Source: Limnochordia bacterium (GTDB lineage: Bacteria > Bacillota > Limnochordia > DUMW01). Taken from it: a stretch of DNA of 64,000 nt. Position 1 is the stretch's first letter. Each line of letters begins with the position of its first letter. Of the stretch, positions 38,277 to 48,049 are shown one piece after another. Location: contig JALNWK010000001.1 in assembly GCA_023230925.1 (NCBI GenBank), forward strand, positions 34,781 through 98,780. The letters run 5' to 3'. Made by a program: the position numbers and the translations under genes. The notes beneath the pieces were generated by a model, which worked only from the letters and a program-made list of their open reading frames with translations, was not told the DNA's origin and did not search any database.

Positions 38277-39925
38277 CCCGTTGGTAGTTGATTATTGATC
38301 GCCTGGTAGGACCGCCATCCTCCCGAGATATTCAAAACGTCATAGCCCTTCTGCTTTAGGATCCGGGTGGCGAGATAGGATCTGCGGCCAACTGCGCAGT
38401 AGACCATAATCTGCTTAGATTTTGGGATCTCAAAGATGCGCTCCCGCAGTTCATCCACGGGGATGTTTACTGCTCCCTCCACATGACCGGCTTGAAATTC
38501 CCATGCTGTACGGACGTCAATAAGCATGTTGGCCTCATTAAGGGTCAAATCCTGCCAGTGAATGACGGGCATGTCATTATTGATGATGTTCCCTGCCACA
38601 TACCCAGCCATGTTTACAGGATCCTTTGCCGAGGAAAAGGGAGGAGCATAGGCTAGCTCTAATCCCTGTAGATCAAACACGGTTCCCCCAAAGCGAATCG
38701 CGGTAGCCAACACATCAATACGCTTGTCCACACCGGTGAAGCCTACGATCTGGCCACCAAGGATGTTCCCACTTTGTGGATCAAACAACAGCTTAATACT
38801 CATGGGCCGTGCCCCGGGATAATAACTGGCATGGGATTCTGAGTGGGTATAGGACTTCTCATAGGGAATGCCCAACTCCCTTAGATTCCTCTCAGTGCTT
38901 CCCGTTGCCGCGGCCGTAAGCTCAAAGAGCTTAATAATCATTGTTCCCTGGGAGCCGTTGTAGGTTTCAGTCTTGCCACAAATGTTGTTAGCGGCAATCC
39001 GACCCATTTTGTTCGCGGGACCAGCTAGGGGCATATAGGCTGGGTGCCCAGTAACGAAGTCTGTTACCGCGATGGCATCACCAACCGCATAAATCCAAGG
39101 ATCCGAGGTGCGCAGGAATTCATCGGTAACAATGGCTCCCCATTCATTGATGGCTAATCCAGCGGTCTGGGCCAAGTTGGTATTTGGCGTAACCCCGATT
39201 CCTAGGACCACGAGGTCAGCTGGGAGTTTCTTTCCACTTGCAAGGGTGACCATACTGGTATCAGCATCGTGGTTCATAGTCGTCACAGTATTATTGAGAT
39301 ACAACTTGATGCCCTGCTTTTTCAAGTATCCATGGACAATACCAGCCATGTCTTGATCGATCGCTCCTAGGACTTGGGGAGCCATTTCAACGATGGTTAC
39401 CTGGCAACCTAAGTGCTGTAGATTCTCCGCCATCTCAAGCCCGACAAATCCGCCGCCGACTATCACTGCATTCTTGGGTTGGTTATCGGAAACAAAAGCC
39501 TTGATGCGATCGGTATCGGAGATATTCCGCACAGAAAATACCCTGTGGTGTTCAATTCCTGGTATAGGTGGGGCCACTGGTTCTGCGCCGGGCGAGAGAA
39601 TTAGATAGTCATATTCCTCAACATATTCCCGACCGGAATCAAGCTCGCAGACTGTAACCGCCTTATTCCCCCGGTCAATCTTGGTAACCTCATTCTTGGT
39701 TCGTATATCAAGGTTGAAGCGTTGACTCATCCCTATGACGCTCTGCACGAAGAGACGGTCCCGCTCTTCGATCACCCCACCGATATAGTAAGGAAGGCCG
39801 CAGTTGGCATAGGAAATGTATTCATCCCTCTCAAAGATTACAATTTCCATAGATTCATCAAGCCTGCGTAAGCGAGCGGCCGCCGAAACACCCCCTGCTA
39901 CTCCACCAACAATAAGGACCTTCAT
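38273..39925 (-). CDS. Pyridine-nucleotide-disulfide oxidoreductase (CoA-disulfide reductase / NADH oxidase type) with a C-terminal rhodanese domain.
   Basis: KVLIVGGVAGGVSAAARL FAD motif and active-site YISYANCGLPYYIGG. The C-terminal roughly 100 aa carry the rhodanese CAVGRRS active-site Cys loop. Confidence 0.8.
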   Translation of the reverse strand: MKVLIVGGVAGGVSAAARLRRLDESMEIVIFERDEYISYANCGLPYYIGGVIEERDRLFVQSVIGMSQRFNLDIRTKNEVTKIDRGNKAVTVCELDSGREYVEEYDYLILSPGAEPVAPPIPGIEHHRVFSVRNISDTDRIKAFVSDNQPKNAVIVGGGFVGLEMAENLQHLGCQVTIVEMAPQVLGAIDQDMAGIVHGYLKKQGIKLYLNNTVTTMNHDADTSMVTLASGKKLPADLVVLGIGVTPNTNLAQTAGLAINEWGAIVTDEFLRTSDPWIYAVGDAIAVTDFVTGHPAYMPLAGPANKMGRIAANNICGKTETYNGSQGTMIIKLFELTAAATGSTERNLRELGIPYEKSYTHSESHASYYPGARPMSIKLLFDPQSGNILGGQIVGFTGVDKRIDVLATAIRFGGTVFDLQGLELAYAPPFSSAKDPVNMAGYVAGNIINNDMPVIHWQDLTLNEANMLIDVRTAWEFQAGHVEGAVNIPVDELRERIFEIPKSKQIMVYCAVGRRSYLATRILKQKGYDVLNISGGWRSYQAINNQLPTG

Positions 39926-40157
39926 TGGTATCCCCCCCCGTATTGTCTTGCGTTACCCTTCGGCTGTGAATCATATCACAGCCCTTGCCAAAGAGTTTAT
40001 CTGATGCAATGGTTGCTGTCAATATAAGTAGTGCTGCAGGAATCTAACTGGTTGTGGCGAAGTCATAAAGCAGGTAAAGGTAAGCTAATCATTAGTTAAT
40101 TGCAGCAGGCTCAAGGCCGGCTTTAATATGTGAAGGGCGGGTAGCGCGTTACTAGAT

Positions 40158-40892
40158 ATGATGAAGGTATCAAGACAGGCACCACAATTTGCCCCTGTAA
40201 GTAAGACTAAGGTCTATGAGCACATTATCTCCCAGATTAAAGAGCTGATCTATACTGGAAAGCTAAAACGAGGTGACAGGTTACCTGCGGAGCGTACGTT
40301 GACCGAACAGCTTCGGGTATCACGGGCATCGGTACGGGAAGCTTTTAGCGCTTTGGAGATGATCGGTCTTATTGAAAGTAAGCCCAGGGATGGTACATAC
40401 ATTGCAGCTAACAGTCAAGGCATGGTGGAGCCCCTTTCGTTAGCGTTCATGCTGCAGGAGAACTTTGAGCCTGCATTTCTCGAGTTTAGACGGATTCTTG
40501 AGGTGGAGGCTGCCAGGCTTGCCGCCACAAGAATAACCCAAGAACGCTTGACGGACCTAACACAGCTAGTAGAGCAGATGGCCCTTGCCGATGAAGCTAA
40601 CAGTATAGAAGCGGATAGACGGTTCCATTACCGTCTGAGTGTGGCTTCGAACAATCCGATTTTAGTGACGGTCCTTGATGCCATTTCCGATGTAATCGAT
40701 CTTAGTATCCGCACCCATCGAGAGAACCTTTTTGCTGATGAACAACTTAAGGAACGGTTAGTGGAACAGCATCGACAGATTCTTGTGGCGGTTAGTCAAA
40801 GGGATCCAGATAATACTGCGGTAGCGGTAGAACGACACTTTCAGTTTGTTGAAGAGCGGATACAGACTCTAGGATGGACTCAAAGGGAATAA
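40158..40892 (+). CDS. GntR/FadR-family transcriptional regulator (FCD domain), LctA-like.
   Basis: GntR winged-HTH segment (LPAERTLTEQLRVSRASVREAFSALE) followed by an FCD-type C-terminus. It sits directly upstream of the etfBA/LDH genes. Confidence 0.8.
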   Translation: MMKVSRQAPQFAPVSKTKVYEHIISQIKELIYTGKLKRGDRLPAERTLTEQLRVSRASVREAFSALEMIGLIESKPRDGTYIAANSQGMVEPLSLAFMLQENFEPAFLEFRRILEVEAARLAATRITQERLTDLTQLVEQMALADEANSIEADRRFHYRLSVASNNPILVTVLDAISDVIDLSIRTHRENLFADEQLKERLVEQHRQILVAVSQRDPDNTAVAVERHFQFVEERIQTLGWTQRE

Positions 40893-40936
40893 TCATATTT
40901 GTGGTCTGACCATCAGGCCAGTCGGAGGTGTACTGC

Positions 40937-41725
40937 TTGAATATCTTAGTATGTATCAAACAGGTTCCCGAGACCAGGGATGTGGAGGTGGATGAGAACA
41001 CCGGTGTTCTAAAGCGTGAGGGTGTTGATAGCAAGATGAACCCCTTTGACCTTTATGCATTAGAGGCAGGGGTACAGCTTAAAGAGCGTTACGGTGGAAA
41101 GGTGACAGTCATTAGTATGGGTCCTCCCCAAGCCGCTGCAGTGCTCAAAGAAGCGTACATGATGGGGGCTGATGCAGGTATACTCATGTCGGATCGAAAA
41201 TTTGCTGGTGCGGATACATTGGCAACTGCCTTTACTTTAGCTCAGGGGATTGGACGAAGTGGCAGCTTTGATCTAATCCTGTGTGGCAAACAGACCACCG
41301 ATGGGGATACTGCCCAAGTTGGTCCGGGCATCGCGGAATTTTTGGACTTACCCCATGTATCCTATGTTAGCTCTATCCTTGCTCTTGATGCTGATTACAT
41401 AACCGTGGAAAAGGACCTTACCGATGGCATTCAGGTCTGCCGAGTGCATTTACCCTGCTTACTTACCCTGATGGAAACAGCAAACCAACCGAGACTTCCT
41501 TCCTATAGGTTGAGACTTGCCACCTCAGGGCGTCCTATCGAGGTGGTAAGTTATAAGGATTTACCTCCTGTGAAAACAGAATACTACGGTCTAGACGGTT
41601 CACCCACCCAAGTGGAACGGATCTTCCCTCCCGAGAGCCACCGGGATAGGATTGTTTATCACGGAGAACCCGACGAGATCGCAAACCAGCTATACGTACA
41701 ACTCAAAGAACATAGATTCATCTAA
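40937..41725 (+). CDS. etfB: Electron transfer flavoprotein beta subunit.
   Basis: LNILVCIKQVPET...NPFD...G start typical of EtfB. TTG 40937 with GGAGG 8 nt upstream. Confidence 0.85.
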   Translation: MNILVCIKQVPETRDVEVDENTGVLKREGVDSKMNPFDLYALEAGVQLKERYGGKVTVISMGPPQAAAVLKEAYMMGADAGILMSDRKFAGADTLATAFTLAQGIGRSGSFDLILCGKQTTDGDTAQVGPGIAEFLDLPHVSYVSSILALDADYITVEKDLTDGIQVCRVHLPCLLTLMETANQPRLPSYRLRLATSGRPIEVVSYKDLPPVKTEYYGLDGSPTQVERIFPPESHRDRIVYHGEPDEIANQLYVQLKEHRFI

Positions 41726-41738
41726 GGGGGCATCCATT

Positions 41739-42941
41739 GTGCTTCGGGTCAACTACGAAAAGTGTAACCTGTGCGGTCGCTGCATGGAGGTTTGTCCCTT
41801 CGGCGGCATTGGAATAATGGCAGACCAGGTGATCATTAATGAAAAATGCCGGTTGTGCCGACAGTGTATTAAACACTGTCCAACAGGCGCTTTGTCTTTG
41901 TCTAAATCAACTAAGGGCCTAGTTAACGATGCCGAGTGGCAAGGTGTTTTGGTCTTCGCCGAGCAATCGGGTGGTGTGATTCACCCGGTGACTTATGAAT
42001 TGATCGGTAAGGGAAGGGAGCTGGCGAAAAAGCTCGGCCAACCCCTGAACTGTGTTCTTATTGGATACCAGGTGAGGGGTAAAGCTGCTGAGTTGTTGAA
42101 GTACGGGGTAGAAAAGGTCTATGTATATGATTACCCAGAACTTGAATACTACTCCATCGAACCCTTCGCGGCGGCCATCGCCGCAGCCATCGAGAAAACA
42201 CAACCCAACATCCTTTTGATTGGCGCTACCTCCATCGGCAGGTCCCTGGCGCCACGGTTGGCTGTGCGTTTTAGGACAGGCTTAACAGCCGATTGTACTG
42301 TTTTGGATGTTAAAGAAAACGGTGACCTGATACAGATTCGTCCGGCTTTTGGGGGGAACATTATGGCGCAAATTGTCACTCCCCACCACCGACCACAGAT
42401 GGCTACAGTCCGGTATAAGGTGATGGAACCGGCCAAGGCAGACTCATGTTCCAAAGGAGAAGTGGTTTCCTGCTTCATTAACCAAAGTAAACTTGCTTCA
42501 CGGGTTACGGTCCTCCAAGCAACACCCAAGCCGGAGGAGGCGAGCATTACTGATGCAGAGGTTATTGTGGCAGTGGGAAGGGGTATTCGCACCGAAGGGG
42601 ATCTCAATCTGGCCTTGGAGTTGGCCCACCTTTTAGGGGGGCAGCTTGGTGCTACCCGACCATTGATTGAGTGTGGATGGCTACCGTATACCCGTCAAAT
42701 TGGCCTTAGTGGGCGTACGGTAAGGCCGAAGCTCTTGATTGCTTGCGGCATTTCCGGGGCCGTGCAGTTCGTAGCGGGGATGTCCAATGCCGAGCAGATC
42801 TACGCCATCAATTCGGATCCCAATGCCCCCATCTTTAACGTGGCAACCCATGCTATTATCGGTGATCTTTACCAAGTTATACCAAGGCTAATTCAATTGA
42901 TTAAAGGAGAGGGTATCCGTGTCTTGGAAGAAGTTAACTGA
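41739..42941 (+). CDS. etfA: Electron transfer flavoprotein alpha subunit with an N-terminal 2x[4Fe-4S] ferredoxin domain.
   Basis: [12 protein letters not shown] and [12 protein letters not shown] cluster motifs, then the EtfA body with FAD-binding C-terminus ([17 protein letters not shown]). GTG start with AAGGGGG upstream. Confidence 0.85.
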   Translation: MLRVNYEKCNLCGRCMEVCPFGGIGIMADQVIINEKCRLCRQCIKHCPTGALSLSKSTKGLVNDAEWQGVLVFAEQSGGVIHPVTYELIGKGRELAKKLGQPLNCVLIGYQVRGKAAELLKYGVEKVYVYDYPELEYYSIEPFAAAIAAAIEKTQPNILLIGATSIGRSLAPRLAVRFRTGLTADCTVLDVKENGDLIQIRPAFGGNIMAQIVTPHHRPQMATVRYKVMEPAKADSCSKGEVVSCFINQSKLASRVTVLQATPKPEEASITDAEVIVAVGRGIRTEGDLNLALELAHLLGGQLGATRPLIECGWLPYTRQIGLSGRTVRPKLLIACGISGAVQFVAGMSNAEQIYAINSDPNAPIFNVATHAIIGDLYQVIPRLIQLIKGEGIRVLEEVN

Positions 42942-44310
42942 AGAAGATCTAGCCAGGCTAAGGGAAATATGTGCTCCCGAGCGTGTTTTCGTTAACGAAG
43001 ACATCAACGAGGATTACGCCCATGATGAGTTAGCTGAAGTACGGTCTTTTCCGGAGGTATTGGTGGAACCTCTAACCACTGAGGAAGTAGCCGAGCTCAT
43101 GACATACGCCTATGAAAACAACATTCCCGTTACTCCCCGGGGTGCGGGCACGGGGTTATGCGGTGGAGCTGTTCCAATTCACGGTGGCATATTGCTTTCC
43201 ACAACAAAGATGAATAGCATCATCGAAATAGACGAAGCTAATCTAACAGCTACGGTACAGCCGGGGATTCTCCTCATGGAGTTTCGGGATGTGGTGGAGG
43301 AAAGAGGGTTGTTCTACCCACCGGACCCGGGGGAAAAAAGCGCTACAATCGGTGGTAATATCATGACCAACGCAGGTGGTATGCGCGCAGTTAAGTACGG
43401 TGTTACCAGAGACTATGTCTTAGGTCTTGAAGTGGTATTACCTACGGGAAGGATCATACGAACTGGTGGCAAGATCGTAAAGAACAGTTCTGGGTACAGT
43501 CTCCACAATCTGTTAATCGGTTCCGAGGGGACCCTTGGGATTATCACGGAAGTGATCCTCAAGTTGCTGCCCAAACCCAAGAAACAGATTAGCCTTCTTA
43601 TTCCCTTCGAAAACCTTAATTTAGCCATTAGCACAGTGCCAAAGATCATCCAGTCAAAAGTTATTCCCACAGCCATTGAATTTATGCAGCAGGATGTGAT
43701 TCTTGCCGCCGAGGAGTACCTAGGTAAGCGTTTCCCAGACAAATCTGCGACGGCCTATTTACTTTTGGCCTTTGATGGTAATTCCAATGAAGAACTAGAA
43801 TCGGTATATGAACTAGTGGCCGACATTGCCCTAGTCTCCGGAGCCCAAGATGTTCTAATCGCGGATAGTACTGAACGACAGGAACTAATTTGGGAGGCCC
43901 GGGGGGCATTTTTAGAGGCCCTAAAGGCCATGAGCGATATGGACGAAGTTGATGTAGTGGTGCCCAGGGACAAAATTGCGGAATTTGTTGCCTACACGAA
44001 TAAGCTTGCTGAGGAAAGCGAGATTCGTATACTTAGTTTTGGTCACGCAGGTGATGGTAATCTGCACGTATATATCCTCAGAGACGATCTACCCGAACAG
44101 GTTTGGCGTCCACAGATGGAGCAGTTAATGAAGAAGATGTACGATCATGCCAAGGAGCTAGGTGGCCAAGTCTCCGGTGAACACGGTATTGGTTATGCAA
44201 AACGTAGGTACTTGGAGGATTCATTGGGAACGGTGCAAATTGAGCTGATGCAAGGGATTAAAAGGGCCTTCGATCCCAAGGGTATTCTCAATCCAAGTAA
44301 AGTAATCTGA
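42919..44310 (+). CDS. FAD-binding oxidoreductase of the GlcD / D-lactate dehydrogenase family (LctD-like).
   Basis: FAD-binding PCMH domain ([13 protein letters not shown]) and a C-terminal 4-type domain. Overlaps etfA by 23 nt. Confidence 0.85.
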   Translation: MSWKKLTEEDLARLREICAPERVFVNEDINEDYAHDELAEVRSFPEVLVEPLTTEEVAELMTYAYENNIPVTPRGAGTGLCGGAVPIHGGILLSTTKMNSIIEIDEANLTATVQPGILLMEFRDVVEERGLFYPPDPGEKSATIGGNIMTNAGGMRAVKYGVTRDYVLGLEVVLPTGRIIRTGGKIVKNSSGYSLHNLLIGSEGTLGIITEVILKLLPKPKKQISLLIPFENLNLAISTVPKIIQSKVIPTAIEFMQQDVILAAEEYLGKRFPDKSATAYLLLAFDGNSNEELESVYELVADIALVSGAQDVLIADSTERQELIWEARGAFLEALKAMSDMDEVDVVVPRDKIAEFVAYTNKLAEESEIRILSFGHAGDGNLHVYILRDDLPEQVWRPQMEQLMKKMYDHAKELGGQVSGEHGIGYAKRRYLEDSLGTVQIELMQGIKRAFDPKGILNPSKVI

Positions 44311-44341
44311 TCGTAACCCGGTCTTGTCGGCCGGGTTACCA

Positions 44342-45463
44342 TTACATGCATCCGGTACACACGGCGGGGAGGCGTTTCGTTGGGTATCTAAAACATTTAC
44401 CCTCATAGTTCTGCAAAATAAGCTCTGTGGGGGTCTCTTTGATGATGCGCTGGGGTTCTAAGGGGATTTTGCCTCCACCACCGGGAGCATCAATCACAAA
44501 TCTAGGAACAGCAAAACCTGTGGTCCGCCCCTGTAATTCCTTGATGATGTTAATACCAACCTGGGGTGGGGTACGGAAATGCTCTATCCCGGATACTAAA
44601 TCGCACTGATAAAGATAGTAAGGATAGACCTTCATACGAACAAGTTGCCTTACTAGCTCCTGTTGGATCTTTGTGGAGTCATTAATACCAGCAAGTAGCA
44701 CCGTTTGGTTAAGCACTGGTATACCGTGGTCGATGAGAAGACTACAGGCCTGTTTTGCTTCTTCGGTGATCTCCTTTGGATGGTTGAAATGGGTACTAAT
44801 CCATAAAGAACGATGACGGCGGAGGATGTCCACTAGATCCTGGGTAATCCGAAAAGGGTTTGTGACTGGAGTTCGGGTACCAATACGCAGGATCTCAACA
44901 TGAGGAACTGAATCAATCACATTGAGAATATTGGCCAAGCGGGCGTCGGAAAGACAAAGGGGATCTCCCCCGGAGATTAGCACATCACGTATTTTGTGTG
45001 TCTCCAAGTAATCCCTAATCCGAGCCAAATCTTCATCGGCGATGGTGACGTTTTCCAAGCCTACTCGTCGCCGTCGGGTGCAGTGTCGACAGTAAGTGGC
45101 GCACAGATGGGTAGCCATAATCAGGACCCGATCTGGATAACGGTGCACCAGAAAGGGGATGGGAGACTGAGTTTCCTCAGCGAGGGAATCGATGTTCTCA
45201 AAGGAATAGGAGATCATTTCTTCGGGTAAGGGGATGGCTTGACGACGAATCGGGCAGGAAGGATCCTTCGGGTCACACAATGAAGCATAGTAAGGCGTAA
45301 CTGCAGTAGGAAGCCCAATGTTTTCACATCTAAGGGCAGTCCTTTCCTGACAGGTAAGCTCAATCACCGGGCAAAAATCCCCTTCGGTCCTTAGACGGTG
45401 GCGTAGTTGCCATTGCCAATCGGTCCACTCTACACTCTGGCTATGTTTCACGGCTGTCCTCAA
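44342..45463 (-). CDS. KamA-family radical SAM aminomutase (lysine 2,3-aminomutase-like, EpmB-sized).
   Basis: CATYCRHCTRRR radical-SAM CxxxCxxC motif with KamA-family flanks and a PLP-binding-like region. At 373 aa it is shorter than canonical KamA. Confidence 0.8.
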   Translation of the reverse strand: MRTAVKHSQSVEWTDWQWQLRHRLRTEGDFCPVIELTCQERTALRCENIGLPTAVTPYYASLCDPKDPSCPIRRQAIPLPEEMISYSFENIDSLAEETQSPIPFLVHRYPDRVLIMATHLCATYCRHCTRRRRVGLENVTIADEDLARIRDYLETHKIRDVLISGGDPLCLSDARLANILNVIDSVPHVEILRIGTRTPVTNPFRITQDLVDILRRHRSLWISTHFNHPKEITEEAKQACSLLIDHGIPVLNQTVLLAGINDSTKIQQELVRQLVRMKVYPYYLYQCDLVSGIEHFRTPPQVGINIIKELQGRTTGFAVPRFVIDAPGGGGKIPLEPQRIIKETPTELILQNYEGKCFRYPTKRLPAVCTGCM

Positions 45464-46887
45464 CTCCTTATATCAGTTGACATCACCGTACTTGCCGTCA
45501 TGACGGCATCAGTCATACCATGGATGATCTTCTTATCACTAGGACAAAGGGTAGCCAAGACCCCAGCCAGCTGGACTGTATCGCCCAGGACAAAGTAGTA
45601 AGGACACAGTCTAGCCCTAGCGACCATGGTCTCCTGTTTTTGTCGACCAAAGTCATAATACGCGATCTTGAACTTTTTGCCTTTATGGAACTCTTGGAGG
45701 ATGTGCGGCGTATCTCCAAAAGCCTTCAGGGCATCATCTATTGCATCAGACCACTCTTCGTTATTAACATCATTTCCCACTACTACTCCCCGACTGCCCC
45801 AGGCCAATTCAGAGAAACCGGAAGGTTTGATCACGAAGTTCCGCTGGCGCCTTGACGCCCCTTTTAACTCGGACCAGTGGGCTAGGGCTTGCCCGTTTAG
45901 GGTTAGTCCTGGAATGACTGCATAGTTAGGTAATGGTGTTGGGTCCAGGATCCATGTCTTAGGAAACACCCGATTTAGTAAGGACAAGTGTTCCCCTTTT
46001 AGGTTGGAGTGCCAGAAGGAGGAGAGTCGAGGATTGTGGAATAGCCCCATGATTAATTTCTCCTCGAGATAGCTTTTGAGGGGTGGGGTGATGCGCAGCA
46101 ATTCCTTGCGAATAGCATAAAGCACCAAGTCTATCTTGGGGATATTTGGTAGATCGAATAGTTCAAAGAAACGATAGAGAACATCCACGCGCTCATCGTA
46201 CGCATACAGTCCTGATTCCTGGAAGATGAGATCCCTAGGATGCACTTGGTGAGTACGTAATCCCCTCTCTGTTAAACGCTCTGCAAGCCAACACATTTCC
46301 GGTTGGTAATCCTGTGACTCATCGGAGACAGCAATGGCCACCACGGGCTCTTCCTGATCCGCTACATGCTTTAGAGATTCCCTAAAGGAGTCAATCATCC
46401 CATAGGGCCCCCCTATTACATCATAGCCTAGGGTGCTATAGGCATGATTCAGAGCCGCCAGAAGACCCATTCCTCCAGGGACTGCATCAAGCTCGGTGAT
46501 GACAAAACCTGTCTCAGTGGGGATAATATCAGGACGTATGACCAAAGGCAGGTCATGCCGAAATCGATTCATACGACCGTAATTGATTACCCGTTCCGTT
46601 TTCCCCAAATTGAGGTAATCTGTAACCCAGCGCAGATGCTCATTGGTTCTACTGCGTCTATACAAAGTGTTGGTTGCCCGGTAAAAGTCTAACAGGGCCG
46701 GACCTAGCTTATGGAGAAACTCAAAAGTAGCAGGATCAAGGGAAAAGGGAGTTGGCGATATGCGAAAAGGTGCCTGACCTGGTGCCGCACCAGAATCCGT
46801 TGGAAACACTTGTGCCTTGGTTAGTTTTTCACTAATATGCCAACAGTTCGTGTGAATACTATCTCTATTATGTATCAAGTCGCTCAC
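45460..46887 (-). CDS. Uncharacterised 475-aa protein with a C-terminal ATP-grasp-like nucleotide-binding segment, possibly a circularly permuted ATP-grasp amide ligase.
   Basis: C-terminal RNFVIKPSGFSELAWGSRGVVVG, then LQEFHKGKKFKIAYY, then an R-x-R segment. This resembles the Lys-loop and E-x-hydrophobic blocks of ATP-grasp enzymes, but only about 75 aa follow, so the usual Mg-binding part would have to lie N-terminally. Its stop overlaps the kamA-like start as ATGA. Confidence 0.45.
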   Translation of the reverse strand: MSDLIHNRDSIHTNCWHISEKLTKAQVFPTDSGAAPGQAPFRISPTPFSLDPATFEFLHKLGPALLDFYRATNTLYRRSRTNEHLRWVTDYLNLGKTERVINYGRMNRFRHDLPLVIRPDIIPTETGFVITELDAVPGGMGLLAALNHAYSTLGYDVIGGPYGMIDSFRESLKHVADQEEPVVAIAVSDESQDYQPEMCWLAERLTERGLRTHQVHPRDLIFQESGLYAYDERVDVLYRFFELFDLPNIPKIDLVLYAIRKELLRITPPLKSYLEEKLIMGLFHNPRLSSFWHSNLKGEHLSLLNRVFPKTWILDPTPLPNYAVIPGLTLNGQALAHWSELKGASRRQRNFVIKPSGFSELAWGSRGVVVGNDVNNEEWSDAIDDALKAFGDTPHILQEFHKGKKFKIAYYDFGRQKQETMVARARLCPYYFVLGDTVQLAGVLATLCPSDKKIIHGMTDAVMTASTVMSTDIRS

Positions 46888-46952
46888 CCAATAGCTTGAG
46901 GTTATGCAAGATTATATCATTCATACGCCAAAGTAGCAAGGCGAAGACAAGC

Positions 46953-47939
46953 CTACAGACGCAAGCAGGATTTGCGTTCGATCAAGTGGGGGCGAATCTT
47001 CGTGCATCTGGGGACTCGCTTGCCATTGAACTGGGCCTGCAACGTATCCCAAACGATTTTGCCCAGATGCTCCGCTGGGATCCGAATCGTAGTTAAAGGC
47101 GGTTCATAGCAGCCCATCAATGGGGAATCGTTAAACCCAATTACCGACACCTGATCAGGGACGACGAACCCATGTTCCCTAAGCATCTTGATTAATGCTA
47201 CGGCAATCTGGTCACTGGCAGCAATGAACGCGGTGGGGAGAGGCCTAAAAGCGAAGATCTGCTCTTCATAGGGGGCCAACTCCGTATCGATATTGGGCCA
47301 ACCGGCTAACTCCACAGGACCAATCAAAGGAAGATTGGCTGCTTGCATAGCCTTCTTGTAACCGAGCCATCGCTGTTCCCCCGGACCACTTTCCCGTGTG
47401 CCGATATAGCATATGCGGGTATGGCCAAGCCCAATAAGGTACTCGGTAGCCATGTAGCCGCCTTCGCAATCATCGAAGATCACCCGGGGAAAGGGTGCCT
47501 CCTGATCACAGTCCACCAATACGATGGGGCATCCTAGATCTTCTTCGTAATTTAGGAACATCTCATATTGCTTGGAGGAGGCAAAGGCGATGACACCATC
47601 AATGAAACCAGTCCGGCTTTGTCGGGGTATGGAGTTAAGTAAAATGATACTCACGCTGTAATCATCCTGCTTGGCACGTTCACAAATATTGATCAGCAGA
47701 CGATGAATTACATCGTTTGCCAGTACCCCGAAGGTCTCCACAGCAAACCCGATGTTGTTACTACGAGCTAATGCCAAGTTCTGCGCGTTGCGGTTTGGAA
47801 CATAGCCCAACCGACTGCATGTTGCTGCGACCTTTCGTCTTGTCTCAGGGGAGACTTGTTTGCCGCTGAGTGCCCTTGAGACGGTGGCCTGGGACAACCC
47901 CAGTATTTCTGCAACTTCCCGTTGATTGATCTTGCTCAT
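46953..47939 (-). CDS. LacI-family transcriptional regulator.
   Basis: HTH MSKINQREVAEILGLSQATVSRAL followed by a periplasmic-binding-protein-like sugar-binding core. Confidence 0.85.
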   Translation of the reverse strand: MSKINQREVAEILGLSQATVSRALSGKQVSPETRRKVAATCSRLGYVPNRNAQNLALARSNNIGFAVETFGVLANDVIHRLLINICERAKQDDYSVSIILLNSIPRQSRTGFIDGVIAFASSKQYEMFLNYEEDLGCPIVLVDCDQEAPFPRVIFDDCEGGYMATEYLIGLGHTRICYIGTRESGPGEQRWLGYKKAMQAANLPLIGPVELAGWPNIDTELAPYEEQIFAFRPLPTAFIAASDQIAVALIKMLREHGFVVPDQVSVIGFNDSPLMGCYEPPLTTIRIPAEHLGKIVWDTLQAQFNGKRVPRCTKIRPHLIERKSCLRL

Positions 47940-48049
47940 CCTACTTGCTCTCTCTCCCAATCGTTGTTTCTTCTTTTATAGTACCAAAAACCATCATAAA
48001 TTGCATCAATATTCTGATGTGGGCCACAGCCCACACCAGAATGTATTGC

